The notes under the pieces were generated by a model. It was given only the letters and a program-made list of their open reading frames with translations, did no database searches and was not told the DNA's origin. The translations under genes and the position numbers were made by a program. 64,000 bases of DNA from Opitutia bacterium (GTDB lineage Bacteria > Verrucomicrobiota > Verrucomicrobiia > Opitutales > T3Sed10-336): NCBI GenBank assembly GCA_050506795.1, contig JBJHCF010000003.1:143477-207476 (forward strand). The letters run 5' to 3'. This document shows, piece after piece, positions 9,732 through 17,585 of this stretch. Each line of letters opens with the position of its first letter. Position 1 is the first letter of the stretch.

Positions 9732-12086
9732 TTATATTACGATTCCTGGGCCTCCCACAGGCGTTTCAGAAAATTCCAAACCTCGATCAGCACTGTAAGG
9801 CTGGTCCGCCAACATAATTCGGTGTTCGGAACAGCGTGTGATCAATTGCTTGGCGCTCAGCATCCTGAAATGACCGTGCGAAATTGGAACCGTTAACATC
9901 CCGGCCTCAAGGTATCTTCCTTCGGCATGAAGCTCCAGGAATTCCTGGAAGAGAGATGATGGAAGAATTTCAGTTCCGTCGAAAAGGGCTTCGAACTGCT
10001 CAACGGCATCTTCGTCGGACTGGAACGCGATCAGCCGCTTCGAACCACAAATGCTCTCGAACGCTTCAATACCATTTTCAATACACTCTTCGATTATTTG
10101 CCGTTCCGGAGCGTAGATTTCATCCAGCCATTCCGACACCGTTGCTTCATCCAAGATTTCCCCATCATGTTTTTTTAAGTGTTCGACCGTCCGATGAAGC
10201 AGAGCCTCCTGCCCATAAGGACGTCTCCAATCCACAGGTTCATTGAAAACGATGACAGGGCGGTGATCGTGTAACCGCCGGCGATTAACCCGCCCAAAAC
10301 GCTGAAAGAGAGCTTCCAATGGGGCGGGTTCGGTGAACAGAACATCAAAGTCCACGTCCAGGCTTACCTCGACAACTTGCGTAGCTGCCACAATCAACCC
10401 CTTTCCGTCCTGAGAATTCGTGCATTTTAAAACGTAATCCTCTTTTTCAAAGCGATCACGTGCGGTAAACCGGCTATGAAGCAGCAACACTTCCAGTTGA
10501 TCCTCTGATTCGCGAAGCGCTGAAAAAACCTCTTGCGCCGTCTTAACCATATTGGCGACGACCAGAACTTTCATTCCTAGCCGGGCTTTTATCAGAATTT
10601 CTTGTATTGATGCCTCAGCCGTTACTGGACCACTTATGACCGTCATGCGATGCCGCTTGAATTCTTCGAATAATGCAGGCGCTGCTTCCACTTTCGCGCA
10701 TGGGGCTAGTGCCTCGGCGCAGCGTTCGTTGAGCCAAGTCGGCATGGTAGCCGACATGCAAAGGATCCGGCCCTGGCACTGCTCGCGTAGAGCTCGAAGC
10801 AGCCCGAGTATCAGGCCAAGGCGCTTCGGCTCGTAGCCATGAATTTCGTCGAGGATGAACCGGCCATGTCGCAGCATAAGCCATTGGGCTTCGTAACCGG
10901 GCAGCCGAAATGCCGCTCGCAGGAGCTGGTAAGGAGTGGCGACCATCACGGGGTTTGTGGCCAATTTCGAAAGCGAACGACTTTGCTTTGCCCGATGAGA
11001 CGCTGTAAGAAAGTCCACACCCTGTTCGTCCAGGTCCCGATAAAGCGCAGCCGTGGCGCGACTGTGTAAAAGAGCGGTTTGTGCTTCGCCAAATTCGTAT
11101 CTGTCACGAATTCGTTGATACATGGCATTGATGCTCGCTTGAAACGGAAGGACATAAAATAGTGATGGCGCACCCGCCGCCGTTTCCAGATTCCGTTTTG
11201 CCCAGAATAGAGCCGCTTCGGTCTTGCCACTTCCCGTCGGAGCTCGCAGGAGGACGTTTCCTTCGATTTCTCCACACTCGCGTTGGTGTTCAAACCAGTC
11301 GGTCCGTGTGCGCGCCAAGAATTCGATTCTCTCCAAATTTGGCTTGGAAAGCGTCTCGGCACCAGCACTGGCGAGACGGTCGGCTTCGAGGATTAGCCCG
11401 CGCAGGACTAGAAGCTGACGACGGAGACGGGGGTTACCGTTCCTGTTGCGAAAAGACGATTTCTGTTCTTTGAAAAGGCAATCGAAAATTCTCAAAGCCG
11501 CTTGGATCAGTTCAGGTGCTTTCTGAAAGAAACCAGCAAGCTCCTTTTGGCTGAAAGCTAAGCACGTCGCCGGAAGATCTCCGACAACGGCAGATCGAGC
11601 GGTGTCTGCCTCTTCCACCGTCCACCGCCAAAGAGCGTCGATAATATCGTAGGAGATTTCCGAGCGCCATCTTTCATCTATAACGGATTCGGAAATCTCC
11701 GGTTGATCGGTTATGTAAGTTCGTTCGATAAAATCATGGTCGCGGTGATGGGAAACGACCGCCGCGGCCGCGAACTTGAACTCTTCGCTGTCCGGCTCAA
11801 ACACCCAAGCTAAGAACGGCAGAGACAAAACCTCATGGCGATATCCCCAAGGGGTCTTCGTCCGCAGTTGGCGCTGGAACCCGGGAGCCGCTTTCCCGAA
11901 ATCATGAAACCAAACTGCCCAAGAGACGATTTGCCATAGTTGCGGGAGTTCGATCTCGTCCGCTAAAGCCGGTAATCGCTGGCGCAACTGCCCCAAGCGA
12001 CGCATTACTTGCCGGGTATGTTCAGGTAGCGTCTCGCCGCCTGGCACAGGGCTTTTGGCGTAGAACCTTTCTGCCTCAATCGGCAT
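9732..12086 (-). CDS. cas3: Cas3 HD nuclease-helicase
   Basis: EH...FHDFGK HD domain, APTGSGKTE, DEIH, MSAT, TQVVEVSLDVD, QRFGRVNR. Start is at 12086 or 12107. Confidence 0.97.
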   Translation of the reverse strand: MPIEAERFYAKSPVPGGETLPEHTRQVMRRLGQLRQRLPALADEIELPQLWQIVSWAVWFHDFGKAAPGFQRQLRTKTPWGYRHEVLSLPFLAWVFEPDSEEFKFAAAAVVSHHRDHDFIERTYITDQPEISESVIDERWRSEISYDIIDALWRWTVEEADTARSAVVGDLPATCLAFSQKELAGFFQKAPELIQAALRIFDCLFKEQKSSFRNRNGNPRLRRQLLVLRGLILEADRLASAGAETLSKPNLERIEFLARTRTDWFEHQRECGEIEGNVLLRAPTGSGKTEAALFWAKRNLETAAGAPSLFYVLPFQASINAMYQRIRDRYEFGEAQTALLHSRATAALYRDLDEQGVDFLTASHRAKQSRSLSKLATNPVMVATPYQLLRAAFRLPGYEAQWLMLRHGRFILDEIHGYEPKRLGLILGLLRALREQCQGRILCMSATMPTWLNERCAEALAPCAKVEAAPALFEEFKRHRMTVISGPVTAEASIQEILIKARLGMKVLVVANMVKTAQEVFSALRESEDQLEVLLLHSRFTARDRFEKEDYVLKCTNSQDGKGLIVAATQVVEVSLDVDFDVLFTEPAPLEALFQRFGRVNRRRLHDHRPVIVFNEPVDWRRPYGQEALLHRTVEHLKKHDGEILDEATVSEWLDEIYAPERQIIEECIENGIEAFESICGSKRLIAFQSDEDAVEQFEALFDGTEILPSSLFQEFLELHAEGRYLEAGMLTVPISHGHFRMLSAKQLITRCSEHRIMLADQPYSADRGLEFSETPVGGPGIVI

Positions 12087-12801
12087 TGGAGAAATGGTGA
12101 AACTCAATCAAGTGAGGTTCCCCGGGCGACAGCGCCGCATCCGCCCAGAGTTCCAGCGATCCATCAAGGCAAACAGCGCGATTTGGTCCGGCCAATAGAA
12201 ATTGGGAGACGGCGATGTACAAGCCCCACGATCTATTTTCCCGATTCGTAGGGTCCATCACCCTTGGCATTCGGAGCATTTCACCGGCGGGGAGAACCTC
12301 GGCCATCTCAGGAGAAAACAATCCGGGACCCAAGCGACCATGGTTCGCCTTTTCCAGCGTAACCTTCGTGACCGTTCTGATCGAAGCCAGATCCTGAGAT
12401 CGTCCCAAAACCGGCGGATAGCGAGGGGAACGAAAAGCATTTATCCAGAAATCCAGAGATTCACCCGCCAAATACAACGTCAATCGGGGAAAGATCAACC
12501 ATTCGCGCGGCAGGATATTGCTGTTCCCCTCGAGGTTGAATTCTTTCGATGGACCCCGGGTCGATTTGTTTGGCTCCAAAAACCAAATTTTTTCGATATC
12601 GTCGATCCGCTCACCTTCGCATTCAAAGCGATAAGCGAATGAAATACTGGCCGGGTCCGGAGGGATTCCGGCAGCACAGGTCAACAGACCGTAAATTGTC
12701 GAAGGAGGCGGCATCGGGAATGTTGGCTGCCGCCCAATCAGAAAATGCGGAAAGCGAAACGAGGCGGTAGGGCCGCTAATTTCAATGCGCAAGGCATTCA
12801 T
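12076..12801 (-). CDS. cas5: Cas5 (type I-B)
   Basis: TASFRFP...PTFPMPPPSTIYGLL and LGRSQDL motifs. Confidence 0.93.
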   Translation of the reverse strand: MNALRIEISGPTASFRFPHFLIGRQPTFPMPPPSTIYGLLTCAAGIPPDPASISFAYRFECEGERIDDIEKIWFLEPNKSTRGPSKEFNLEGNSNILPREWLIFPRLTLYLAGESLDFWINAFRSPRYPPVLGRSQDLASIRTVTKVTLEKANHGRLGPGLFSPEMAEVLPAGEMLRMPRVMDPTNRENRSWGLYIAVSQFLLAGPNRAVCLDGSLELWADAALSPGEPHLIEFHHFSNAD

Positions 12802-12812
12802 ACTCTCTTAAA

Positions 12813-13886
12813 TCAATTGAACCAATCCGGGTTTTTATCGACTAAATCGGCGAGACGCTCAAAGGCATGCCGCGGATGGCAGAGTTCCAGTCCATGGGGG
12901 AAACTGCTCTGAAGTTTTTCGAGGTTCGATTTGAGTTTCAGACGGCCTTCCTCGCAATATCCGGTCGTCCATCCGACGAATACGGGAGAAAGAGTTTGAT
13001 CTCCCCACACTTCCCCGGCTTCCCGGAGTGAATCGAGCGCGGGGGTAATCTCTCCGTTTTCCATTGCCTGAACGCTGTATTGGAAAGGGTTGTTCGCACC
13101 CTTGAACGCGGCGGCAATGACGATGACCGGCGATACGTCCGTATAATGCAATCCCAGTTTGGCACCACCAGACACATGCGGCACAGCTCTGAGCAGCATT
13201 CCGACACGGTTTTGCCTTGTTTTGATAGGAAGCCGGAATGCCTTATTCGGTTCGTCGTTTTCAAGGTTCTTTTCTTCGCAGAGCTTCCTTCGTTCCTTAT
13301 CCAGATTCAGATGCCCGGTCTGGTTAAGGTAGGAAAACGAGCCGGAGGTCGAAAGGTCGAGGGAAAACAATCCTTTTAGCGCGGTCTTGTAGAACTGATG
13401 CTCGTGCGGCACCGCATCGCCTTCATGCCGGCTCATGGTTCCGAAGTCAGAGGTGATTCCATCGGTCATTCCGACTAAAGTTCCCACGCGAAAGGGAGAA
13501 ACACGCGTTATGGTGACTTTCGCCTCAACCGGGGTTGCGCCCACCATCGTTGCCCGGCTTTCAGCTGCCTCGACCTTCTTTCCTGGCGCTCGCATATAAC
13601 CGAAAAGGTCGTCGTCACTATAACGGATAGGATTGGCATCGGTGTAGGCTACCTTTGCCTCTCGATAAATCGGGGCTCGTTCCCATTCGTCCGGGTAGAG
13701 CCTCTCGACGGTCTCGCGAAGCCACCGTCGATAAGCTTGGGCGGAAACATAGGGATATTGTTTGCGACCGACACGAAGAAACTTGGTTGCGACAGCATTC
13801 TCCATTGTCGTGCCAGACGCTGCGCCAGCATTGTTCAATGCGCTCCCAGGGGCGTCGATAATTTGAATTCCGGTTATATGGGCCAT
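12813..13886 (-). CDS. cas7: Cas7 (Cst2/DevR-like, type I-B)
   Basis: PYVSAQAYRRWLR, DDLFGYM and RVSP motifs; located between cas8 and cas5. Confidence 0.92.
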   Translation of the reverse strand: MAHITGIQIIDAPGSALNNAGAASGTTMENAVATKFLRVGRKQYPYVSAQAYRRWLRETVERLYPDEWERAPIYREAKVAYTDANPIRYSDDDLFGYMRAPGKKVEAAESRATMVGATPVEAKVTITRVSPFRVGTLVGMTDGITSDFGTMSRHEGDAVPHEHQFYKTALKGLFSLDLSTSGSFSYLNQTGHLNLDKERRKLCEEKNLENDEPNKAFRLPIKTRQNRVGMLLRAVPHVSGGAKLGLHYTDVSPVIVIAAAFKGANNPFQYSVQAMENGEITPALDSLREAGEVWGDQTLSPVFVGWTTGYCEEGRLKLKSNLEKLQSSFPHGLELCHPRHAFERLADLVDKNPDWFN

Positions 13887-13935
13887 GACTATTTTTTCTC
13901 GCTTGTGTTTATAGAGCTAAAAGCCTCGCAAACGG

Positions 13936-15420
13936 TCAACGAAGCTCATCGATTGTTTCAATTGCAATTTCGTCCGGGGCGACAACCTCATCGTCTTCCT
14001 CACGTCTGAGCGCGGGCCAATTCTTGAGTTGCTCAAGGCAGCGTATGCGGATCATATCACGCGCTAGGAAAAATCCTCCGTGAGGAACGTTTTCCTCGTC
14101 CTCGAAGATCTCCGTAAAATCGTCCAGGGTGAGGAGAAGTTTGGGTTCGTTCTTCAACAGCTTCAGCGCGGTCCGAACAAGAATTGCGCGGAACGCCGTA
14201 TAAGAATTGGTGGACTGAGTCCGTCCCATGATCTGGCTGAAGAGCTTCTTATCGTTTGTTTTCTGGATGATGCCAGAAAGTTCATCGGCCAGGAGTCGTA
14301 TTTTCTCAATTTGTTCTTTTTTCATAAGGATTACAATTCGCAGAAAGACGGAAAGTAGATCCCAGAGCTGAATAGGAGTCGCATCCAGATTCTTTCGGTA
14401 CCCCGCCAGGTTTTCGGCATAACTTTGAAAATAGCGTCGAAGGAAGGCTTGGACATTGGCGGGAAGGCTGTAGAGATCATCGTATAAGGAGTTGTTGGAA
14501 ACCCGATTTTTCTCGTTGGTCAAAACATCGTCGGAAGACTCCGTTTTACCCTTCCACCAAAACGCATTGACAAAGGTCAGCCACGACTGCCGAAGGTCTG
14601 CCATGTTCACTCGGATTAGGAATCGTGAGACCATGGGCTGCAGCGAATAAATATCGATGGCGCAACCCTGACTGCTGTTCGACAGAAAGTAGAGAATTAC
14701 GCCGGGGCGTTTAGTCGAACGCGACAAATCCCGTGTGAGTTTGGATTCCGCTGCGAAAATATCATCCAATCGTTGGGCTACACGAGTTTTTTGACCCTTC
14801 CTGTCGGGTAACGCTGTTCCATGAAGTCGAGCTTTCGCGAGATCGGTTTGTTGCTGTTCATACCAACCGAACAAGAAGGAAAGCAGGAGATCTTTGCTTT
14901 CCATGGCGACAACCGGCATTCGTCCGCTTACCACGGGAAGTACTTGAGGAATCGCGAGCAGACAGCCATAGGCGATTCCTGAAAGTGGAATCTCCGCACG
15001 GCCGCTAGGATAGAAATTCACCTGGTTTCGCCCCTGAACCATTGGAAATTGATCCCTCGCCGCCCGGATGACCGCAGGAAACTCCTGGAAGAAAGCACAA
15101 CGATCAACCGTCGTGTCTTCGATGTCCGACAGACTGTTCACGAACCCAAACGCTTCCTCAATCGCCTTCTTTCGTTTTTCCCCTTTGAATGCCGGATTAT
15201 CGAAGCTGTTTGTGGTAAAGAGGATTCCAGTTGGCTTCTTCAACAAGCCATCGAGATAATCCTCTTTGATGCGGTTCATCGTTTTTACCCAATCAGTCCA
15301 AGTCACCTCGCAAGGATTTCCCACCTCACAAGCCAAAACGACTGAGGCCACGCCCGTGTCGATTAGGGGCTCGCCAGTCCACCGGAGGAACTTAGAGCGG
15401 TTGGTTCTGGTATCGGTCAT
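13936..15420 (-). CDS. cas8b: Cas8 large subunit (Cas8b1/Cst1-like)
   Basis: N-terminal WTGEPLIDTG, FP...NFYP motif, helical C-terminal Cas11-like domain; first gene of the effector module. Confidence 0.8.
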   Translation of the reverse strand: MTDTRTNRSKFLRWTGEPLIDTGVASVVLACEVGNPCEVTWTDWVKTMNRIKEDYLDGLLKKPTGILFTTNSFDNPAFKGEKRKKAIEEAFGFVNSLSDIEDTTVDRCAFFQEFPAVIRAARDQFPMVQGRNQVNFYPSGRAEIPLSGIAYGCLLAIPQVLPVVSGRMPVVAMESKDLLLSFLFGWYEQQQTDLAKARLHGTALPDRKGQKTRVAQRLDDIFAAESKLTRDLSRSTKRPGVILYFLSNSSQGCAIDIYSLQPMVSRFLIRVNMADLRQSWLTFVNAFWWKGKTESSDDVLTNEKNRVSNNSLYDDLYSLPANVQAFLRRYFQSYAENLAGYRKNLDATPIQLWDLLSVFLRIVILMKKEQIEKIRLLADELSGIIQKTNDKKLFSQIMGRTQSTNSYTAFRAILVRTALKLLKNEPKLLLTLDDFTEIFEDEENVPHGGFFLARDMIRIRCLEQLKNWPALRREEDDEVVAPDEIAIETIDELR

Positions 15421-15439
15421 GGTTTGGCGTTGTCCGCAT

Positions 15440-15512
15440 TGACGGGAAAGGAGCTTAGTTCTTTTTTAATGAGAAACATGTTTTCAAGCCACTTTAAGGT
15501 ACGATAGATTAC
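15440..15512 (-). ncRNA. Putative crRNA-like regulatory RNA: solitary degenerate repeat (15480-15512) plus a spacer starting at 15479
   Basis: Plus-strand GTTTTCAAGCCACTTTAAGGTACGATAGATTAC versus array repeat GTTTCCAAGCCACTTGGGTGCGATAGCGAC: the first 15 nt are 14/15 identical and GGT-CGATAG is retained. The adjacent spacer matches 15733-15747. The 3' end of the RNA is not defined. Confidence 0.8.
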
Positions 15513-15697
15513 TATGGCTCCTTTCCCGTCAGATCGCGGCAAATCTTTCGTGCAAGGCGTTCTGGTATCTCGTTATGGCGAGGGACAGCTTGCCATTCTC
15601 CTGTCTTCGTATTCTCCCAGAGGCTGTGTCTTGACCCTTCACGTCGGAGGCGACATCCATGGCGACGAAGAAACCGGAGAAGTAGCGCTCTCTTCAT
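15512..15697 (-). CDS. hicA: HicA family toxin (RNase)
   Basis: 61 aa, basic, with REGSRH catalytic-His motif and VPRHNEI...LARKI. Confidence 0.92.
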   Translation of the reverse strand: MKRALLLRFLRRHGCRLRREGSRHSLWENTKTGEWQAVPRHNEIPERLARKICRDLTGKEP

Positions 15698-15730
15698 CCT
15701 GACTTGAAAACCTTTCCGTTTGAAAAATCC

Positions 15731-15760
15731 AATTTAATGAGTAACATTGGATCTTTTCAA
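15731..15760 (-). promoter_or_regulatory. Putative sigma70 promoter of hicA and cas8, containing the protospacer (15733-15747) and CCA PAM (15748-15750) for the crRNA-like RNA
   Basis: Minus strand reads TTGAAA-N17-TTAAAT (or N18-TAAATT), 33-63 bp upstream of the hicA ATG. Confidence 0.7.
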
Positions 15761-15813
15761 TCGAACGCAACCAGACAAGTCAAGCACTTCTTGGGGTTAA
15801 GTCACCGTTATTA

Positions 15814-16026
15814 TCAGGAGATGGCTTCGATAACCACGGACTCGGTCTTCGCTCTGCCGATCTCCGTGTTTCTTCTTTCTTCGAAGATTAAGTCGATCGC
15901 CGCCTTCAGATCTTCGATACACTCTTCGCGTGTCTTTCCCATCCCGTTGGCAGCGGGCACTTCGGCACACGTGGCTGTCCACCAATCGCCTTCCTCGCGT
16001 AATATGGCTGTGAAAGTTTGGATCAT
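15814..16026 (-). CDS. hicB: HicB family antitoxin, short form without a DNA-binding domain
   Basis: FTAILREEGDWWTATCAEVPAANGMGKTREECIEDLKAAIDL is the HicB N-terminal fold; the protein is only 70 aa. Confidence 0.88.
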   Translation of the reverse strand: MIQTFTAILREEGDWWTATCAEVPAANGMGKTREECIEDLKAAIDLIFEERRNTEIGRAKTESVVIEAIS

Positions 16027-16080
16027 AGTTCTCCATTACAATGGCTGATTCATTCGCGGGAAGCAAATGGATTTCCTTCA

Positions 16081-16332
16081 TCAACCCCAATCCTGTGCGC
16101 GGTTCAATTTTTTGAGGATCCGATCAATGCGAGGATCGGACGGGTCGGGTTCTGGAACGGATAGCCGGCCAACCCATTTCCTTACGAAGCTGCCGTCGAA
16201 TTCGCCTTCCTCCACAAAAGCCCGAAGATCCTTCTCGACTACTGCGGAAAGGGAAATTCCTTCATTCCGTGCCATCAATCGGGCTTTGCGAAGCACCTCC
16301 GGATCGATTCTAACGGTGAGATTCTTTTTCAT
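16081..16332 (-). CDS. Ribbon-helix-helix antitoxin-like protein (DUF6364-like)
   Basis: MKKNLTVRIDPEVLRKARLMARNEGISLSAVVE fits the RHH pattern. Confidence 0.75.
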   Translation of the reverse strand: MKKNLTVRIDPEVLRKARLMARNEGISLSAVVEKDLRAFVEEGEFDGSFVRKWVGRLSVPEPDPSDPRIDRILKKLNRAQDWG

Positions 16333-16371
16333 TGGAGTAAGAATCAAGTGCATTTGCCTTCCTGAACATTT

Positions 16372-17238
16372 TCATCCCGCGTCCACCGCTCCGAAGCCCA
16401 TGGAGTTCATTTCGCCGAGGCCGGCGGACCAGATGAGGCGCTGGAGTGGGATTGGGGCGGTGACTTTGACCGGTGCGGCCCAACTGCGGACGGGGATATT
16501 TTTGATGTGAAAGAGCCGGGTTCGGGCCTTGCCCGGATCGGCGAGTTCCACCTGGACGTCCTGGCGGGCGGCCCAGGCTTTGGTTTCCGTCGGAGTCGCG
16601 CCGTTGAGACCGGCCCAGCGGGCTGCAATGTCGGGACGGCCGGTTTCGTCAGTGAAACGAAGCCATTTGTGGAAGAGGTTTTGACAGATCAGTTCCGCGC
16701 AGTCGTGGCCTTCGGCCGGATTGTCGGGCAGGGCGTAGTGCTTGGCGCCGGTTTCCCGGTTTTTCCAGCTCGTCACGATCGACGCTTCTCGGACGGGTTG
16801 CCAGAACATTGTTTCCCGGAAGGCGGGTTGGGGGATGACTATGGCGGATTTGATCAGGAAGTCGGAGGCGGCCAATCGAAGATTTCCGGCGGCGAGGAGT
16901 CCTTCACTGACCGCCGATAACAATTCCGGCCAGGGGGAAAACAGGCGAAACGTCGCTTCGCCTTCGATGAGGAGCCCAGGGCGGGTTGTTTCGCCGTTTT
17001 CGTTGTCAGGCAAGTGAGATCCTTTTCCGCCGCGATTGACCGTCATGCGACGGCACCGGAGCGGCGAAAATCCGAATAGTTTGATCCGGTCTTTATGCTG
17101 TTCGCCGTGGTGCAAATCGGCGGCGAACTCCGGCTGAACAGTTTCAAGGGATTGATACAATGCGGCCGAAAGAAACGGATAATAGGAAAACGGCAGGTTC
17201 GCCGGTGTGGTAGGGGCTATGGTAACAGCGAATTGCAT
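16372..17238 (-). CDS. cas6: CRISPR-associated endoribonuclease Cas6
   Basis: C-terminal glycine-rich loop AGLGEMNSMGFG and N-terminal LH...KLFGFS. Start placed at MQFAVT (17238). Confidence 0.9.
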   Translation of the reverse strand: MQFAVTIAPTTPANLPFSYYPFLSAALYQSLETVQPEFAADLHHGEQHKDRIKLFGFSPLRCRRMTVNRGGKGSHLPDNENGETTRPGLLIEGEATFRLFSPWPELLSAVSEGLLAAGNLRLAASDFLIKSAIVIPQPAFRETMFWQPVREASIVTSWKNRETGAKHYALPDNPAEGHDCAELICQNLFHKWLRFTDETGRPDIAARWAGLNGATPTETKAWAARQDVQVELADPGKARTRLFHIKNIPVRSWAAPVKVTAPIPLQRLIWSAGLGEMNSMGFGAVDAG

Positions 17239-17585
17239 GCGGAGATGACGCCTGGTGGAGTTAGCAATTGACGGGCTTAATCGAGGAAGTGCGAGGTGGC
17301 CGGAATCGAAACGACAAGATAGCCTCAACCAAGTCAAACGATTTCGAACGCCATCGGTTCCTGCCGACATCATTGCGCCGGACCGAGGCCCACCGAATCG
17401 TTTTTGTGGATGGGGGTTGAACTCTTGGGTGGGGCCGCTATCGAGGGGTTCGGCGTAGAGTGAACCTGTGTCACGGCGGACACAGGTGGATCTTTTCATT
17501 TGGGTGCCTTGAAAATAGTGAGAGCCGGATGCTCGCGTTCCCGGTGGTGATTTTTTTGGTCGCGGACCACGAAAGCGCGGGTCGG

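Noticed and set aside
15776..15806. CAAGCACTTCTTGGGG, a weak resemblance to the CRISPR repeat upstream of the hicA promoter
   Set aside because: Needs several gaps and lacks the GAAAC handle; not supportable as a second pseudo-repeat.
15797..16090. 97-aa ORF overlapping hicB, as a possible toxin partner of the RHH gene
   Set aside because: No PIN or RelE motifs, and it overlaps the well-supported hicB in another frame.
17239..17499. 87-aa N-terminal extension of Cas6
   Set aside because: No recognisable domain; the Cas6-like sequence begins at MQFAVT.
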